From Dipteris shenzhenensis (Eukaryota), in assembly GCA_047967505.1 (NCBI GenBank), contig CM106538.1: 64,000 nt of DNA; one strand, given 5' to 3'. The first letter of the stretch is position 1. Every line of letters begins with the position of its first letter. This document shows, piece by piece, positions 1 to 13,400 of the stretch. Below the pieces are notes generated by a model, which did not search any database, was not told the origin of the DNA, and saw only the letters and a list, made by a program, of their open reading frames with translations. A program made the position numbers and the translations under genes.

Positions 1-14
1 ATTTACATCTCGAG

Positions 15-1222
15 TTCACAATGGATGGCGTGAACCCTTTTGGGTTACACCGACATCTTGGTCAACATGGCCCATACCTTTATGATTTATTGTGGTGTGA
101 TCTATGCATGTCTAATGACTTATTTGTGCATGCATATATGTAGGACTTAAAACACAAGGGTACTATGCTTGTCCTATTTGTAGCCATAGTTTGAATGCAT
201 GACACTCCAAACATATGAGAAAGATCGTTTATGAAGGTCATGCTCAATACCTGCCACTTGATCATCCTGCACATGAAGGTCAACTTGATCCACCACCGAT
301 CCATAAGCAAGCAAGTGACTAGATCGAGATTGGAGAGCTAATAGTGAGGAGCCTCCTCCTAGTATGGAATAGTTGTCGATCTTTTATGAGCTTCCATATT
401 AGAATGAGTTACAAATCAATCATCTCTTGAATCCCATGTAGATCTTCAAGAATGGGGAGCCTTCTATTTAGGCACACTTGGTTGGTGACAAAGACACAAG
501 GGGAGTTTGATAAGACTTGCACTACATGGATAGGATGCCTCACTTTTGTGATCCCAAGAGCATGTGTGTAGAACCCAAGTGTGGTTCTACAACTCAAGAG
601 AGTGGTTCAAGAACCCAAGAGCATCCTCCTAGAATTATTCTCCCGAGGCACCATTGATCCTTTCCAAGGTAATGAAGGTGGACATTGAATCTTTTCGGAC
701 ACCCACATGACATGTGTTGCCTTAGGGAGCATTTACAAAGGACAATAAGCTTAGTGGCCTCAAGTCCCATGATTGGCACAAGGTCTTACAGGTATTCTAC
801 ATGTTAGCTTGAATGCTTATAACTCCTTTGTTGCTTGGGTAGTTTATCCTCCCAATTGCAGTGAGAGGATGCTTATTGAAAGATGTTAGAAAAGCTATCT
901 ACAAGATCAGCGGCATTATCAGGTATGCTTACTATCATATCACCTTCATTATATTTCATACAATTTTAAATGATCGATAGAGAATATTGAATCTTACGGG
1001 TGCATGTGAAATAGGTGGATCTCACAAAAAGAGATCTTTGTATCAAGCATCAAGAGGGCTAAGGTGGACTCCATTGAAGCTGTGTGCTTGCTTGAGAAGC
1101 ACTTTCCCTCAAGCATTATGACGACTCATGTGCACTTGCTTGTACACGTAGATGAGGTTAACATTGCAAGAATTGTTCATAGTCATTGGTTGTTTCTCCT
1201 TAAACGGTTTATGAAAACTTTG
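15..1222 (+). pseudogene. Degraded CACTA/EnSpm (TnpD/Tnp2-like) transposase fragment, same family as 26897-30526
   Basis: MDGVNPFGL at 21; KDNKLSGLKSHDWHKVLQ at ~740-790 is nearly identical to 28501-28557; HSHWLFLLKRFMKTL at ~1177-1222; same intron positions (GT at 792 and 923); many stops and frameshifts. Confidence 0.9.
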
Positions 1223-2169
1223 ATACCTCCTCCCACAGTGGGAGAAGCCCCACACCTCTCTCTCAGAAAACATGGTGCAAACGATATAACGCACCCTTGG
1301 AGAGTGGTACACAGTGTGTGCAAGAGAAAGGTCAATAGAGTAGCACTGAGAGATGGATAGAAAGAGAGAGAGTCAGTCTTGTAATTCCTCTGCAGTGATG
1401 AAAAAGGCTCCAAGCTCTCTCCTCCATGCTTGCTCCCATCGGTGGTCTCTGGTGTGCCCTTGCCATTCCTTTGATGATGCTTCATTTCTGCTTTTGCGAC
1501 ATTGTGGTGGTCGTGTCTGCTGCAAAAGACCCTACACTAAGAAAGTGCAAGCTCAGTGGTCTTATTCCGTACTCTCGCCTTAGTCCTCACTTCACTCGGC
1601 TATTGAACTACGACACCACCAAGGATGAGATTATTTCAAAAATACAGTCGTGGAGGAAGAATACGTATTTCAAGAAAAATAGGTAAGTGCACAAACTCTA
1701 AGCATTCAAATTTCAAATTGGACTTAAAATTTCTTTAAATTCTGTTAAATTGATGATCTTAACATTATATTTTCTCATTCAAAGTTTTTTAACTATATAT
1801 AGGCTCGTCCTATATGGTTAGAAAAGTTAGTCCTCCTATATAGGTTTGCCCTATAAGATAATGAAAACGTATGAGCTTAAGAAATACTTTCCTAAATCAT
1901 AGCGTTACGTGAGATTTAAAATCAAATTTCATATGCGGTTATTTATTTTAGGATGGTGAAGAAGAAGCACATGAAATAGTTTAAAGAGACAATACCTTTA
2001 CTTTTACTATTATTATTATCATCATCATTATAACGCACCCACCCATGGTCCTATTGGGGGCACACTCCTTGGTACGATTGAGGGACACCAACATACATGC
2101 AGTCGATCGACCACTAGGCTACGACGTCTTGTCCATAATTTTATATTGTAGTAAACTCCATTGCGTGCA

Positions 2170-5100
2170 TTTTCACATTATATCTTTGAAATTAAAATCG
2201 ACCTTGTGTCAATTTGAAAAGTAAAAAATATACACATTAGCACCCTTGCTTCATCCACACTCCTAATGAAATACAAATCGACCTTGGGTTGATTTCAAGG
2301 ATCAAAACATAGCACCATGGTTCATGCACACTCCTACACGTCGCATCTTTGAAATGCAAATCGACCTTGGGCCGATTTCAAGGATCAAAACATGTTCTCA
2401 TTAGGGCCATGGCTTCATTTTAGCACTCTTACACATCACATATTTAAAATGCAAATCGACCTTGGGTCGATTTCAATAATCAAAACATGTTCTAATTACA
2501 ACCATTGATTCATGTGCACTCCTGGGTCGATTTTAAGGATCCAAACATGTTCTCAATAGGGCCATCGCTTCATGCACAGTCCTACACATTGCATATTTGA
2601 AATGCAAATCAACCTTGGGTTCAAGGATCAAAACATGTTCTCATTAGGACTATGGCTTCATGCGCACTCCTACACATCGCATCTTTGAAATGCAAATCGA
2701 CCTTGGGTTGATTTCAAGGATCAAAACATGTCCTGATTAGGGCCATGGCTTCATGCAAAGTCCTCCCCATCTCATCTTTGAAATGCAAATCGACTTCAAG
2801 GATTAAGAAATGTTCTCATTAGGGTCATGGCTTCATCTGCACTCCTACAATCATATATTTGAAATGCAAATTGACCTCGGGTCGATTCTAAGGATTGATT
2901 CCTGTTCTCATTACAACGATAGCTTCATGCACACTCCTACACATTGCATCTTTGAAATACAAATTGACCTTGGGTCGATTTGAAGGATCAAAACATGTTT
3001 TCATTAGGGCCATGGCTTCATGCGCACTCCTACACATAGCAACTTTGAAATGCAAATCGACCTTCGGTCGATTTGAAGGATCAAAACATCTTCTCATTAG
3101 CATCATGGCTTCATGCACACTCCTACAAATCTAATCTTTGAAATTTAAATTGAACTTGGGTCAATTTCAAGGATCAAAACATGTTGTCGTTAGGGCCATG
3201 GCTTCATGCGCACTCCTATGCATCGTATCTTTGAAATGTAAATCGACCTTGGGTCGATTTCAAGGATAAAAACATGCTCTCATTAGAGCCATGGATTCAT
3301 GCACACTACACATCGCATCTTTGAATGCAAATAGACATTGGGTCGATTTCAAGATCAAAACATGTGCTCATTACCATCATGACTTCATGCGCACTGGTAC
3401 ACATTGCATCTTTGAGATGCAAATCAACCTTGGGTCGATTTTAAGGATCAAAACATGTTCTCATTAGGGCCATGGCTTCATGTGCACTCCTACACATCAC
3501 ATCTTCAAAATGTAAATCGACCTTGGGTCGATTTCAAGGATCAAAACATGTTCTCATTAGAGCCATGGCTTCATGTGCACTCCTACACATCGCACCTTTG
3601 CAATGCAAATCTTCCTTAGGTCGATTTCAAGTTTCAAAACATGTTCTCATTAGGGACATGTGTTCAAGTGCAGTCCTATGGCATCACATATTTGAAATGC
3701 AAATCAACCTTGGGTCGATTTCAAGGATCAAAACATGCCCTGATTAGGGCCATGGCTTCATGCGCACTACTATACATCGCATCTTTGAAATGCAAACCGA
3801 CCTTGGGTAGATTTATATGATCAAAACATGTTCTCATTAGCACCATGGATTTATGCACACTCTAGCACATTGAATATTTAAATGCAAATCGACCTTGGGC
3901 CAATTTCAAGTATCAAAATATGTCATCCTAGCACCATGGCTTCATGTGCACTACTACACATTGTATCCTTGAAATGAAAATCAACCTTGGGTCGATTTGA
4001 AGAACCAAATCATGGACTTATGCACACTATACATATTGCATCCATAAAATGCACATCAAATGTGGGTCGATTTTAGCACCATGGCACCATGCCATGCTCC
4101 TCTTTGAAGTACAAATTGACCTTGTGTTGATTTCAAGAATCAAAATATGCTTTACTTAGCATAATGCCTTTATGCACACTCCTATGCATCGCATCTTTGA
4201 AATGCAAATCAACCTTGGCTCAATTTCAATAATCCAAACATGTTATCAGTAGCACGATGGCTTCATGCACACTTGCAAATTTGAAATCCAAATCAACCTT
4301 GGGTCCATTTTAAGAATAAAAACATGTTTCACTTAACACCATAGCTTTATGCACACTCCTATCATTGGTTCGATTTCAAGTATCAAAACACATTATAAAT
4401 AACACCATGGCTTCATGTACTCTCCTATACATTGTAGATTTGAATTGCAAATCAACCTTGGGCTGATTTCAAGTATCAAAACATGTTCTCATTAGCACCA
4501 TGGCTTCGTGTACACTACTATAAATCCTATCTTTGAAACAAAAGTCAAACTTGGTTCGATTTGAGAGTCCAAACATTTTTTTCTTGGGACATGTCTTCAT
4601 GCAAAATCTTTCGCATTGAATCTTTGAAAGACATACAAATCCAACTTGGGTTGACCCTTGATTTTAGCACCATGGCTTCATGAGCACTCTTGTATAGTGC
4701 ATCTTTGAATTGCAAATTGACCTTGGGTCAATAACAAAAATCAATACATTTTTTTCTTAGCACCATGGCTTCAAGCCCACCCCTACATATTGCATCTTTT
4801 AAATTCAAATCGAGTTTCGTCCTATTTTTATAATTAAAGCACGTTTTTCTTTGCATCATGGCTTCATGTAGACTTTTGTAAACATCACATATTTGAAATG
4901 CAAGTCATCCTTGGAATGATTTCAAAAATCAAATAACGTTTTTAGTAGCACCATGCCTTGATTCACACACCTATAACACGTCACATTCTTGAAATGCAAA
5001 CCGACCTTGGGTAGATTTCAAGAATCAAAAAAATTTTCATGAGTACCATGCCCTCATGCATACTCCTACACATAACATCTTTGAAATGCAAATTGACCTT

Positions 5101-6985
5101 GGGTTGGTTTCAAGAATCAAAACATGTTTTCCTAGCACCATGGCTTTATGCAGACTCCTACACATTGCATCTTTGAATGCAAATTGACCTTGGGTCGATT
5201 TCAACTCCGTGGCTTAACGCACACTCCTACACATAGCATCTTGAAATGCAAATCAACCTTGGGTCAATTTCACATGTTTTTTCCTAAGTACCATGGTTTC
5301 ATACACACACCCTACACATTGTATCTTTGAAATGAAAATTGACATGCATTTGATTTCAAGAATCAAAACATGATTCCATTAGTACCATGGCTTCATGCAC
5401 ACTTCTTCACATCACATCTTTGAAATACAAATTGAATTGGGTCAGCTTTAAGAATGAAGACATGTTTTCATCAACACCATGGCTTCATGCGCACTCCCAC
5501 ACATCGCATCTTTAAAATGTGAATCGACATTGGGAATCAAAACACGTTTTCCTCATCACCATGCCTTGATCTGGTCTCCTAAACAATGCATGTTTGATGC
5601 AAATTGATCACAAGTCAATTCCAAGAATTAAAACATCCTTTCCTTAGCACCACAATACATGTTTCCATCTATACCATTTCTTTTTAGACAATCCTTGACA
5701 TCACATATATCATTTGAAAATCAACCTTAGGTCAATTTTCAAATCCCTAAAAAGAGTCAAGACACTATGATGATCATGATGGGGCTTGAACACATTCTCA
5801 TATGTACATCTTTTTCTTGCAAATCAACCTTTATTTCAAAACTCTAAAGGCTTCCTTCTGCAAACACAATAACTCACTTACATTCCCATACATCACATAA
5901 TTGGATTACAACTTGACCCCTCTTTACTTGTTTAGAAAAATTTGCAACTTGATCTTTTTCTTAGAAATAGGCCTTGGGTGACTTCTAACCTCTAAAGACT
6001 TGCACTCGTAACACTTTGGCTTTCTCTGTTAAATTACATGGCATAGTAGAACATAAACTGAACAAAGAATAGAGAGTACATAGCAAACTGGAGATGAACC
6101 AAAAATTTCCTTCAATGCTGATGTAGTACAGATGATGGCTCCATCCACCCGTGCGCTCCCACAATGGAGCTTAGATGGTGATCTAGATAGATACTAGGTG
6201 AAGAGCTACTAGCTGGAAGATCTCTGCTGGAAGATCTGATCTCGTACAATGGACTAGAGAGGTCGCCTCTTTATAGGTATGAGGGCGGTAGTCGAATCAA
6301 CGTAGTTGGTGGAGCCGACCAATCAACCTAGTCGGTGAAGCCGAACAGTCAACCTAGTTGGTGGAACTGACTAGTTGTCTATGGAATATTCAGGGAATAT
6401 TCCCTATATCCTTGTCTCGGGGGCTTTTGCCCCCAAACCCCCACCAAGGGGGCCGCTGGCCCCCAGGCCCCAGCAAGAATAAGGGGCTCCCACACAATCA
6501 CCTTTCTACCATCAATGGTCTCATCGATAGACCTCATCTGACATGCAAGTCAGGATCCATCCAGTGTCCCAAGCTCACACATGGCTTCTCCTCATATGGG
6601 GGCCTGACAACTTGAGCACCTTGGACCACTGGTGGTTACTAGGAGGGTGGGGCATTGAGCATATCTAACACTCTCATCTACATATAACATATTTGAATTA
6701 AAAATCGAGCTTGGGTCAATTTCAAAACTCTAAAAACATGCGCTTAGTAGCATCATGGTTCAAACTCTCCCGTGTACCACATCTTTAATTAAGAATTGAA
6801 TCGGGGCCAACTTTAAGACTTTTGCTCTATCTTATTATTGCCACTATGGCTCACATAATCTCACATCATTTTTTTCAATTTCAAAGTAAGATTTGGTCAA
6901 TTTTGTAACTATGAAAGCATATTCTCATCACTACCATGGCCATGCATGCCCATGCCACATCCTAGAATTTTAATCAAACTTGGGT
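2170..6985. repeat. 93-bp tandem satellite (~39 copies to ~5850, degenerate copies to ~6985), interrupted by a solo LTR
   Basis: Consensus GAAATGCAAATCGACCTTGGGTCGATTTCAAGGATCAAAACATGTTCTCATTAGGGCCATGGCTTCATGCGCACTCCTACACATCGCATCTTT; period 93 measured at 2964/3057/3150/3243; internal inverted repeat AAATCGACC-ttg-GGTCGATTT. Confidence 0.95.
6027..6670 (-). mobile_element. Solo LTR (644 bp) of the adjacent copia family
   Basis: Termini TGTTA...TAACA; flanks TTCTC/CTCTC (4 of 5 TSD match); 6542-6670 nearly identical to the LTR stub at 6990-7118. Confidence 0.85.
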
Positions 6986-6989
6986 GGTC

Positions 6990-9720
6990 CATGCAAGTCA
7001 GGATCCATCCAGTGTCCCAGGCTCACACATGCCTTCTCCTCATATGGGGTCCTTACAACTTGAGCACCTTGGACCACTGGTGGTTACTAGGAGGGTGGGG
7101 CATTGACCATATCTAACACCCCCCCCTCAATGTCCACCCGTAGGTGAACTACCTTCTCGGCCCAATGTTGAGTCTCTGAAGATGACCTTGAAGCTTATCC
7201 TTCCCGAGTGCCTTGGTAAAGATATCTGCTCCATTTTGCTATGTTGGACAGTAGACCAATTCCACTATCCCATCCTCGATCAAATCACGCACATAGTAAT
7301 ACTGAATCTCTATATGTTTTGTGCACGCATGAAACACTGGATTTTTAGCAATGGCCATGCAACTTTAATTGTCGCACCTCAGCACAGTTGCCTCATCCTC
7401 TTGCACTCCCATGTGCCATAAGATCCTCCTCAGACACACTACTTCACAAGCAGCAAAACATGTTGCCTTGTACTCAACCTCGGTAGAAGACAATGCCACT
7501 GTTGGTTGTTTCTTACTGATCCAAGAGAAGATACCTGAACCTAAAGAGAAACAATATCCAGAAACTGATTTCCTAGAATCAACATCTCCAGCCCAATCCG
7601 AGTCATAATGACCAGCCAAGGAAGTGCCCGTACCATAAGTGATGCCATAATCAAGAGTGCCCTTCACATACTTGAGCACCCACATCCCTGCATTCCAATG
7701 ATTCTCCCGAGGCTTATTGGAGAACCTGCTCAAAACGCCAACAGCAAATCTGATGTCCGGTCTGGTGTTGCACAGATAGATGAGACTGCCGACCAGCTTC
7801 CTATACCTCACGATGTCTCTTGGTGGTGAGGTTCATAGACAACCTCGCATTTGCCTCCATAGGTGTAGCTATCTCCTTGCACTCGGTCATACCAAATGCC
7901 TTCAAGATCTCCCTTGCATATTTCTGTTGAGAGATGAAGTTCTTGCTTGGCTCTTGCCAGACTTCAATCGCCAAACAGTAGTGCATCAACTGTCATCTCA
8001 AACTCTGTGATCAACACCTTTCTAGTCTGATGGATCATGTCTTCATAGTCACCTTAATAAGGAGATCATCCACATATAGAACAATAATAGCAGATTTTCC
8101 ACCTTTCCTGTACACATACAAGTTAGCATCTAAGGTACATCTTTTGAAGTTTAATTTATGAAAGAATTTGTCTATCCATTGGTACCATGCTCTTGGGGCC
8201 TGTTTCAGCCCATACAATGCCTTCTTCAGCTTACATACCTTGTTCTCAGAATGGGGGGCCTCAAACCTAGGTGGCTGAGCCACATACACCTCCTCCTTGA
8301 GGTCAACATTCAGGAATGTTGATTTAACATCCATTTGATAAACTGGCCACTTTTTTATGAGCAGCCACCGATAGTACTATGCGAATAGTGGTCATTCTAG
8401 CGGTCGGAGAAAAAGATTCTTGAAAATCAAACCCTTCAACCTGCAAAAATCCTTGTGCAACCAATCTGGCTTTGTACTTTTCCAAAGTCCCATCGGCCTT
8501 GTACTTTACCTTCCAAACCCACTTGGTGCCAATAACCTTTCTGTTAGGTGGTCGATCTACTAGCTCCCAAGTTTCATTCTTCATGATGTTGTCATATTCT
8601 ACTTGCATAGCATTTTTCCAATCTCGGTCTACAAGTGCTTCCTCCAAACTCGCAGGCTCCTTTACTTCTGTAATAATCTCAGCCATCAAGGCCATATTGA
8701 CTATGTGAGCAGAAGCCCTCCTTTGCTCCTTGATTCTCTAAGACCGCCTTGGTCCATTTGCATGCTGCTCAATAGACATAGGCATCTAGTTATCATGGTC
8801 GTAGAGCTGCCTTACCCATTGCAACAATGGATTTTTCGGTGGTGTAACAATAGGTTGGTGACTTATACCTTCATCATCTATTATTTCCTCCTCCTTTATA
8901 GCTCCTGGGACAGGTCCATAGTGAATTACCTCTTCACTTGTTGATAAAGTGGAAGAGCACTTCTCTGCCTCCACTGCATGTGGCTGCTCCTTGAACACCA
9001 CATCGTGGCTCACTATGATCTCCTTTAGTGATGGGTTCCTGTAGAGGCTGCATGGAACAATATAGACCCTTCTTGCAACTCATGTGACAAGAGGCACCAC
9101 TATCCAACACCCATGAATTAGTGGTTGATGCTTCTTCAACTGAGGAACACTCTTCCTCAATGGCTAAAAATAGATTCAACTTTGCTTCTGCTGTGTTAGT
9201 TGTCTCTTTCCCCTTATCTGTCTTCTTCAAGGTACCATTCTTTCATCTACTTTCTTGACTCGGCAATCTGCAATCACATGGCCCTTCTTCTTGCAGTAGA
9301 AGTATTCTCCCTGAAACTTCTTCTTGTCGCCCTTCTTCTTTTTGTCTCCACTAGTAGAGGACTCACCTTTGGTGGAGGAACCACCTTTGCCTTTCGTAGT
9401 GGTAGAGAACGTAGCATTCCCATTGCCACCTCCATCTTGAGCTTTAAGCCTCAATTCCTCCTCCATAAGTAAAGCACAGAACTCCTCAAATGACAATGGT
9501 TGGGGTCTCACCTGAGTGTTATCGCCGTTACCACTCCATCAGACCTTGGTGGACATATCCAGAGACACCACCGAGCTAGCTCTTCGCTAGTCTTTTGTAT
9601 CCCAACACCAGCCATATAGTCACGTAGATTTTTGATTCGGTTATGAATGCCTCTGCTATCTCTCCTTCATTAAAATTCTCAGTGGCGAGCTAATTCTCCA
9701 GGTTCTAGACCCTTGGAGAT
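6990..9720 (-). mobile_element. Ty1/copia retrotransposon remnant (gag, protease, RT, RNase H, PPT, partial 3' LTR); integrase deleted
   Basis: Zinc-knuckle remnant YCKKKGHVIADC; protease WVLDSGASCHM; RT motifs [27 protein letters not shown]; RNase H YDSDWAGD...SSTEVEY...CDN; PPT (ttgagggggggg on minus) at 7119-7130 abuts TGTTAG at 7118; frameshifted. Confidence 0.93.
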
Positions 9721-10454
9721 GGAGACATCAAGGGAAGAGGGTCATGCTTTATTTGAAAGAAAGGATGGGGGAAATATCAAAGTACTAGCTAGGTGGCTTT
9801 ACAAGAATGAGCATGTCTCATCAAGGAATAGCCCCCTCCTTTTATAGCCAAGAGAGGGGGTCTCTCCCAATAAATGCATCCTCCCACATGCATGGTGTGT
9901 GTGGAAAAGTCTCCCATGTGGGCTAGGCAGTTACGCACTCTCAATTATGTGCGGCAACCCTTTGCCTCATTTTTCCACATAAATCAAGCCCCATATCTCA
10001 AGTCTATGATACTCCCTTGGTCTCTCCCCAATTTTATAATACATTCAAAACTCTAGGAGGACAAGTGGAGGGTTGGCATAAGGAATCTTGCCACCTCATC
10101 CTACTTTCCCCATTATTTAACTTGCTCTCTTGGACCTTCTATACCTCCCCCACATGGGCCTACATGGAGGGAATAACCCAATATAATATCCATCTCCACC
10201 TATTTTATATTACTTCTCCCATGGACTTTGGGCCATATCTCACTAAATGTAGCCTAGGTGGAGGGGTGGCACATGGAGGAGCCATGCCACCTTACATTTA
10301 TAATATTACTACCATGGATTATGTACATCACACCTTATGGGTCCACTTATGTGGAAGGGTGGCACATGGTCATGCCCTGCCACCTCAAACCCTGGGCCCT
10401 ATGCACACCATATTTTATTATATTATTGCCACACATACAAACACACACACATAT
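9721..10454 (-). mobile_element. Probable 3' UTR/LTR portion of the 10455-14850 gypsy element
   Basis: Non-coding, follows the integrase end, contains repeated gggtggcacatgg..catgcc motifs; termini not resolved. Confidence 0.35.
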
Positions 10455-13400
10455 TTATGCCTTTTTACTTTGGTCAAATTTATCCATAAGAGTTCCCCCC
10501 CCCAGGCAGGGAATGCATAGCATTTCCATGCCTAGGTCCCCATCACGCACAAAGAAGGGCTTGAGGTAACGCTTGTTGATCACCTTCTTGCCATATGGCT
10601 CATGCAGCTCCTGAACTTGTAGAGACCCATTGCTACATTCCTTGATGACTTTGTATGGATCGGTCCACAGTGGCAGAAACTTCTTATCCATTTGGTAGTC
10701 CAATCTGTTATCAAAGCATAGCACAACATCCCCCTCAGCAAAGTGTCTTTCCCATCCCTTGCAAATCTTAGCATCCAAGTGGTCCTTTTGTCGATTCTTT
10801 TGGATCTCTGTTTGGTGTAGTGCAAGGCGTCGGGTTTCATCTAACTTCTCAAGTTGTACCAATCTGGCCTCTACATGTTCATCTTCTGTCATCCTCTATT
10901 CTTGTGCCAATCTCTATCTCTAGTGGTAAAACTGCCTCAGTACCATACACTAACTCAAAAGGAGTGTGACTTGTAGACGTTTTGTGAGTGATGTTGTAAG
11001 CCCACACAACTTTAGTGACGTTCTGATCCCACTGGCTCCTATTCCTTGTGGCCATTTTTCCCATGGTTTGACAAAGGAAGCCATTGGTCTGCTCCACTTA
11101 ACCCATGGATGCTGGATAATAGATACTAGAAGTGCGATGATCAATACCCATGTGATCCATGAGCAATTCCACTGCTTCATTTAAGAATGGACTCCCATGG
11201 TCAGATACTATTTCCATGGGTGTCCCAAACCTTGTGTAGATACGTTCAAATATGAAATTTAAAACTGCCTTACCATTTGCAGTGGGGAGAGCGATAGCTT
11301 CAGCCCACTTAGTGACATACTGAGTGGCTACCAAAAGATACTTCTTTTTGCGGGCAGTCATGGGCAAGGGCCCGACAAAATCTATTCCCCACTTCTGAAA
11401 CGGATGGATGGACATCACTGGATGTGTTGCCCAGGACGCAAATCCTTCCTACCAAATAATTGGCATGGTTCACAGGTTTTGCAATACAAAGTGACATCCT
11501 TGAACAAGGTCGGCCAATAGTATCCAGCATGTAAAATCTTCTTAGCTATATAGTCACTGGCATAGTGGCCTCCACAAAATCCATCATGATAATGCTTCAA
11601 TACGTTAGGCACTTCATCTGCATCAATGGCCTGTCTTAGTACCCCATCCATGCCTTGGCGGTACAAGACCCCATCAAAGAGAGTGTAGCGCCTACTATCT
11701 CTTCGGATCTTCTTTCTATCATAGCTAGTACTTTTCGGAGGAAAGGAGAAAGCAATTAGAAACCTGTAGATACCACTATACCATGGATCCCCAACTTCTA
11801 TGGCCGCTACAAGGGTTACATCAAGGCACTCCTCTAAATCAATCAAAGAATTCTTCAAGTTGGAACAACCCCCTTTTACAATTTTGAAAGAAAAATCATA
11901 TTCTTGTAAAACTGCCAACCATTTGGCCAACCGGCCCATGGGATTTGGTGATTGCAGAACTTGCTTTGCAAGACCAGTGCTAGTGAGTATAATGAAGGAC
12001 TTTCTAGCCACATAATGCTTAAATTTCTCAATGCAGAACACCAAAGACAAGGCATGCTTGTCAGCCTCTGAATAGCGTCGCTCAGTGTCGAGCAATTGTC
12101 GAGAAGCAAATCAAACGGGATACATGAATCGATCCTCCCCTTGCTGGAGAAGAATACCTGCTAGAGTGTGCTAACCAAACCCAGGATTGATATAGAAAGA
12201 CTTTGACCAATTTGGATTGCATAGAATGGGTTCTGAAGCCAAAGAATTCTTGATTTGTGCAAACCCATGATCACAATCCTCATCCCAAGAGAAATCAACC
12301 CCATCTTTTAATAGCATAGTCATGGGTCGTGTCAAAGCTACATATTAATCAATGAAGCCGTGATAGTATCCTGCTAGATTGACAAATGAGCGTACCTGAC
12401 ATTTGGTTGTTGGTGGGGAGAGCTTGAGGATGGCTTCTACCTTCTCGAGGTCAGGCTTGACGCCCTCGAATGAGACAATATGTCCCAGTAACCTCCCTTG
12501 AGTGGCTCCAATGGTGCATTTCTTAGGGTTGAGATTGCCATTCACATCATTGACCCTTTGGAAGGCCAACCTAACCTTCATGACATGCTCCTTACGTGAC
12601 GAGAATATACAAAAATCATCTAAAAACACCTCCAAGAAATCCCCCAAATAAGGAGCAAACACCATCTGCATAAATATTTGAAAGGTAGCAGGAGCATTGG
12701 TGAGGCCAAATGGCATTATTTTGAATGCAAATGTCCCCCACGGTGTGGTAAATGTGGTTTTAAGCACATCTTCTTCGGCAATTCTGATTTGATAAAACCC
12801 GAAGTAACCATCACAGAAAGTATACATCTCATGACCACTTACCTTCTCAAGAATGAGGTCTTGAAAGGGAAGAGGATGATGGTCCCTCTTGGTGGCTGCA
12901 TTGAGTTTCTTATAGTTGATGTAGACCCGCCACTTGTTGTTTTTCTTTGGGGTGACTACCACTGGTGAAACCCATTCAGTATTGTGAACTGGAACAATAA
13001 ACCAAGATTCTACAAGTTTCTACAACTCTGAGCGCAAAGCATCATTCTGTAGGGGCCCTAATCTCTGATACTTCTGAGCCACAGGCTTTGCATAGGCTTC
13101 AACTCTATCTTGTGTTCTATGGTAGTCACATGGCGAAGGTGGCAGTAGCTAGTTGCAAAAAGATCAGGGAAATCTTTGAACATTTCTAGGAACTCATCTT
13201 TCTCACTTGGAGTGAGGTCTAGGGAAAGCATAGATTCAAGCTGTTGAGGACTAGCTATTACCTTTTCTACAGGTGGCAGGGTTGGAGACACCCCCATCAT
13301 GTAAACTTCCTCATCTGAGAACTCCTCCCCCCATCTGATCCTTCCATTGATTCAGACACTGAGGATGAGAGTATCACTGTCTTGCTCCTCTTCTTCTTGT

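Noticed and set aside
1221-1536. Possible LTR (TGATACC...CCTACA) cutting the first transposase fragment
   Set aside because: No TSD, PBS/PPT or second copy in the window; cannot be supported.
2888-3747. 31-aa repeat protein ORFs
   Set aside because: By-product of a 93-bp unit; frequent indels and stops break the frame; ORFs occur on both strands.
2170-5850. CRISPR-like array (regular palindromic repeats)
   Set aside because: The sequence between palindromes is itself repeated, so there are no unique spacers; no cas genes; eukaryotic context.
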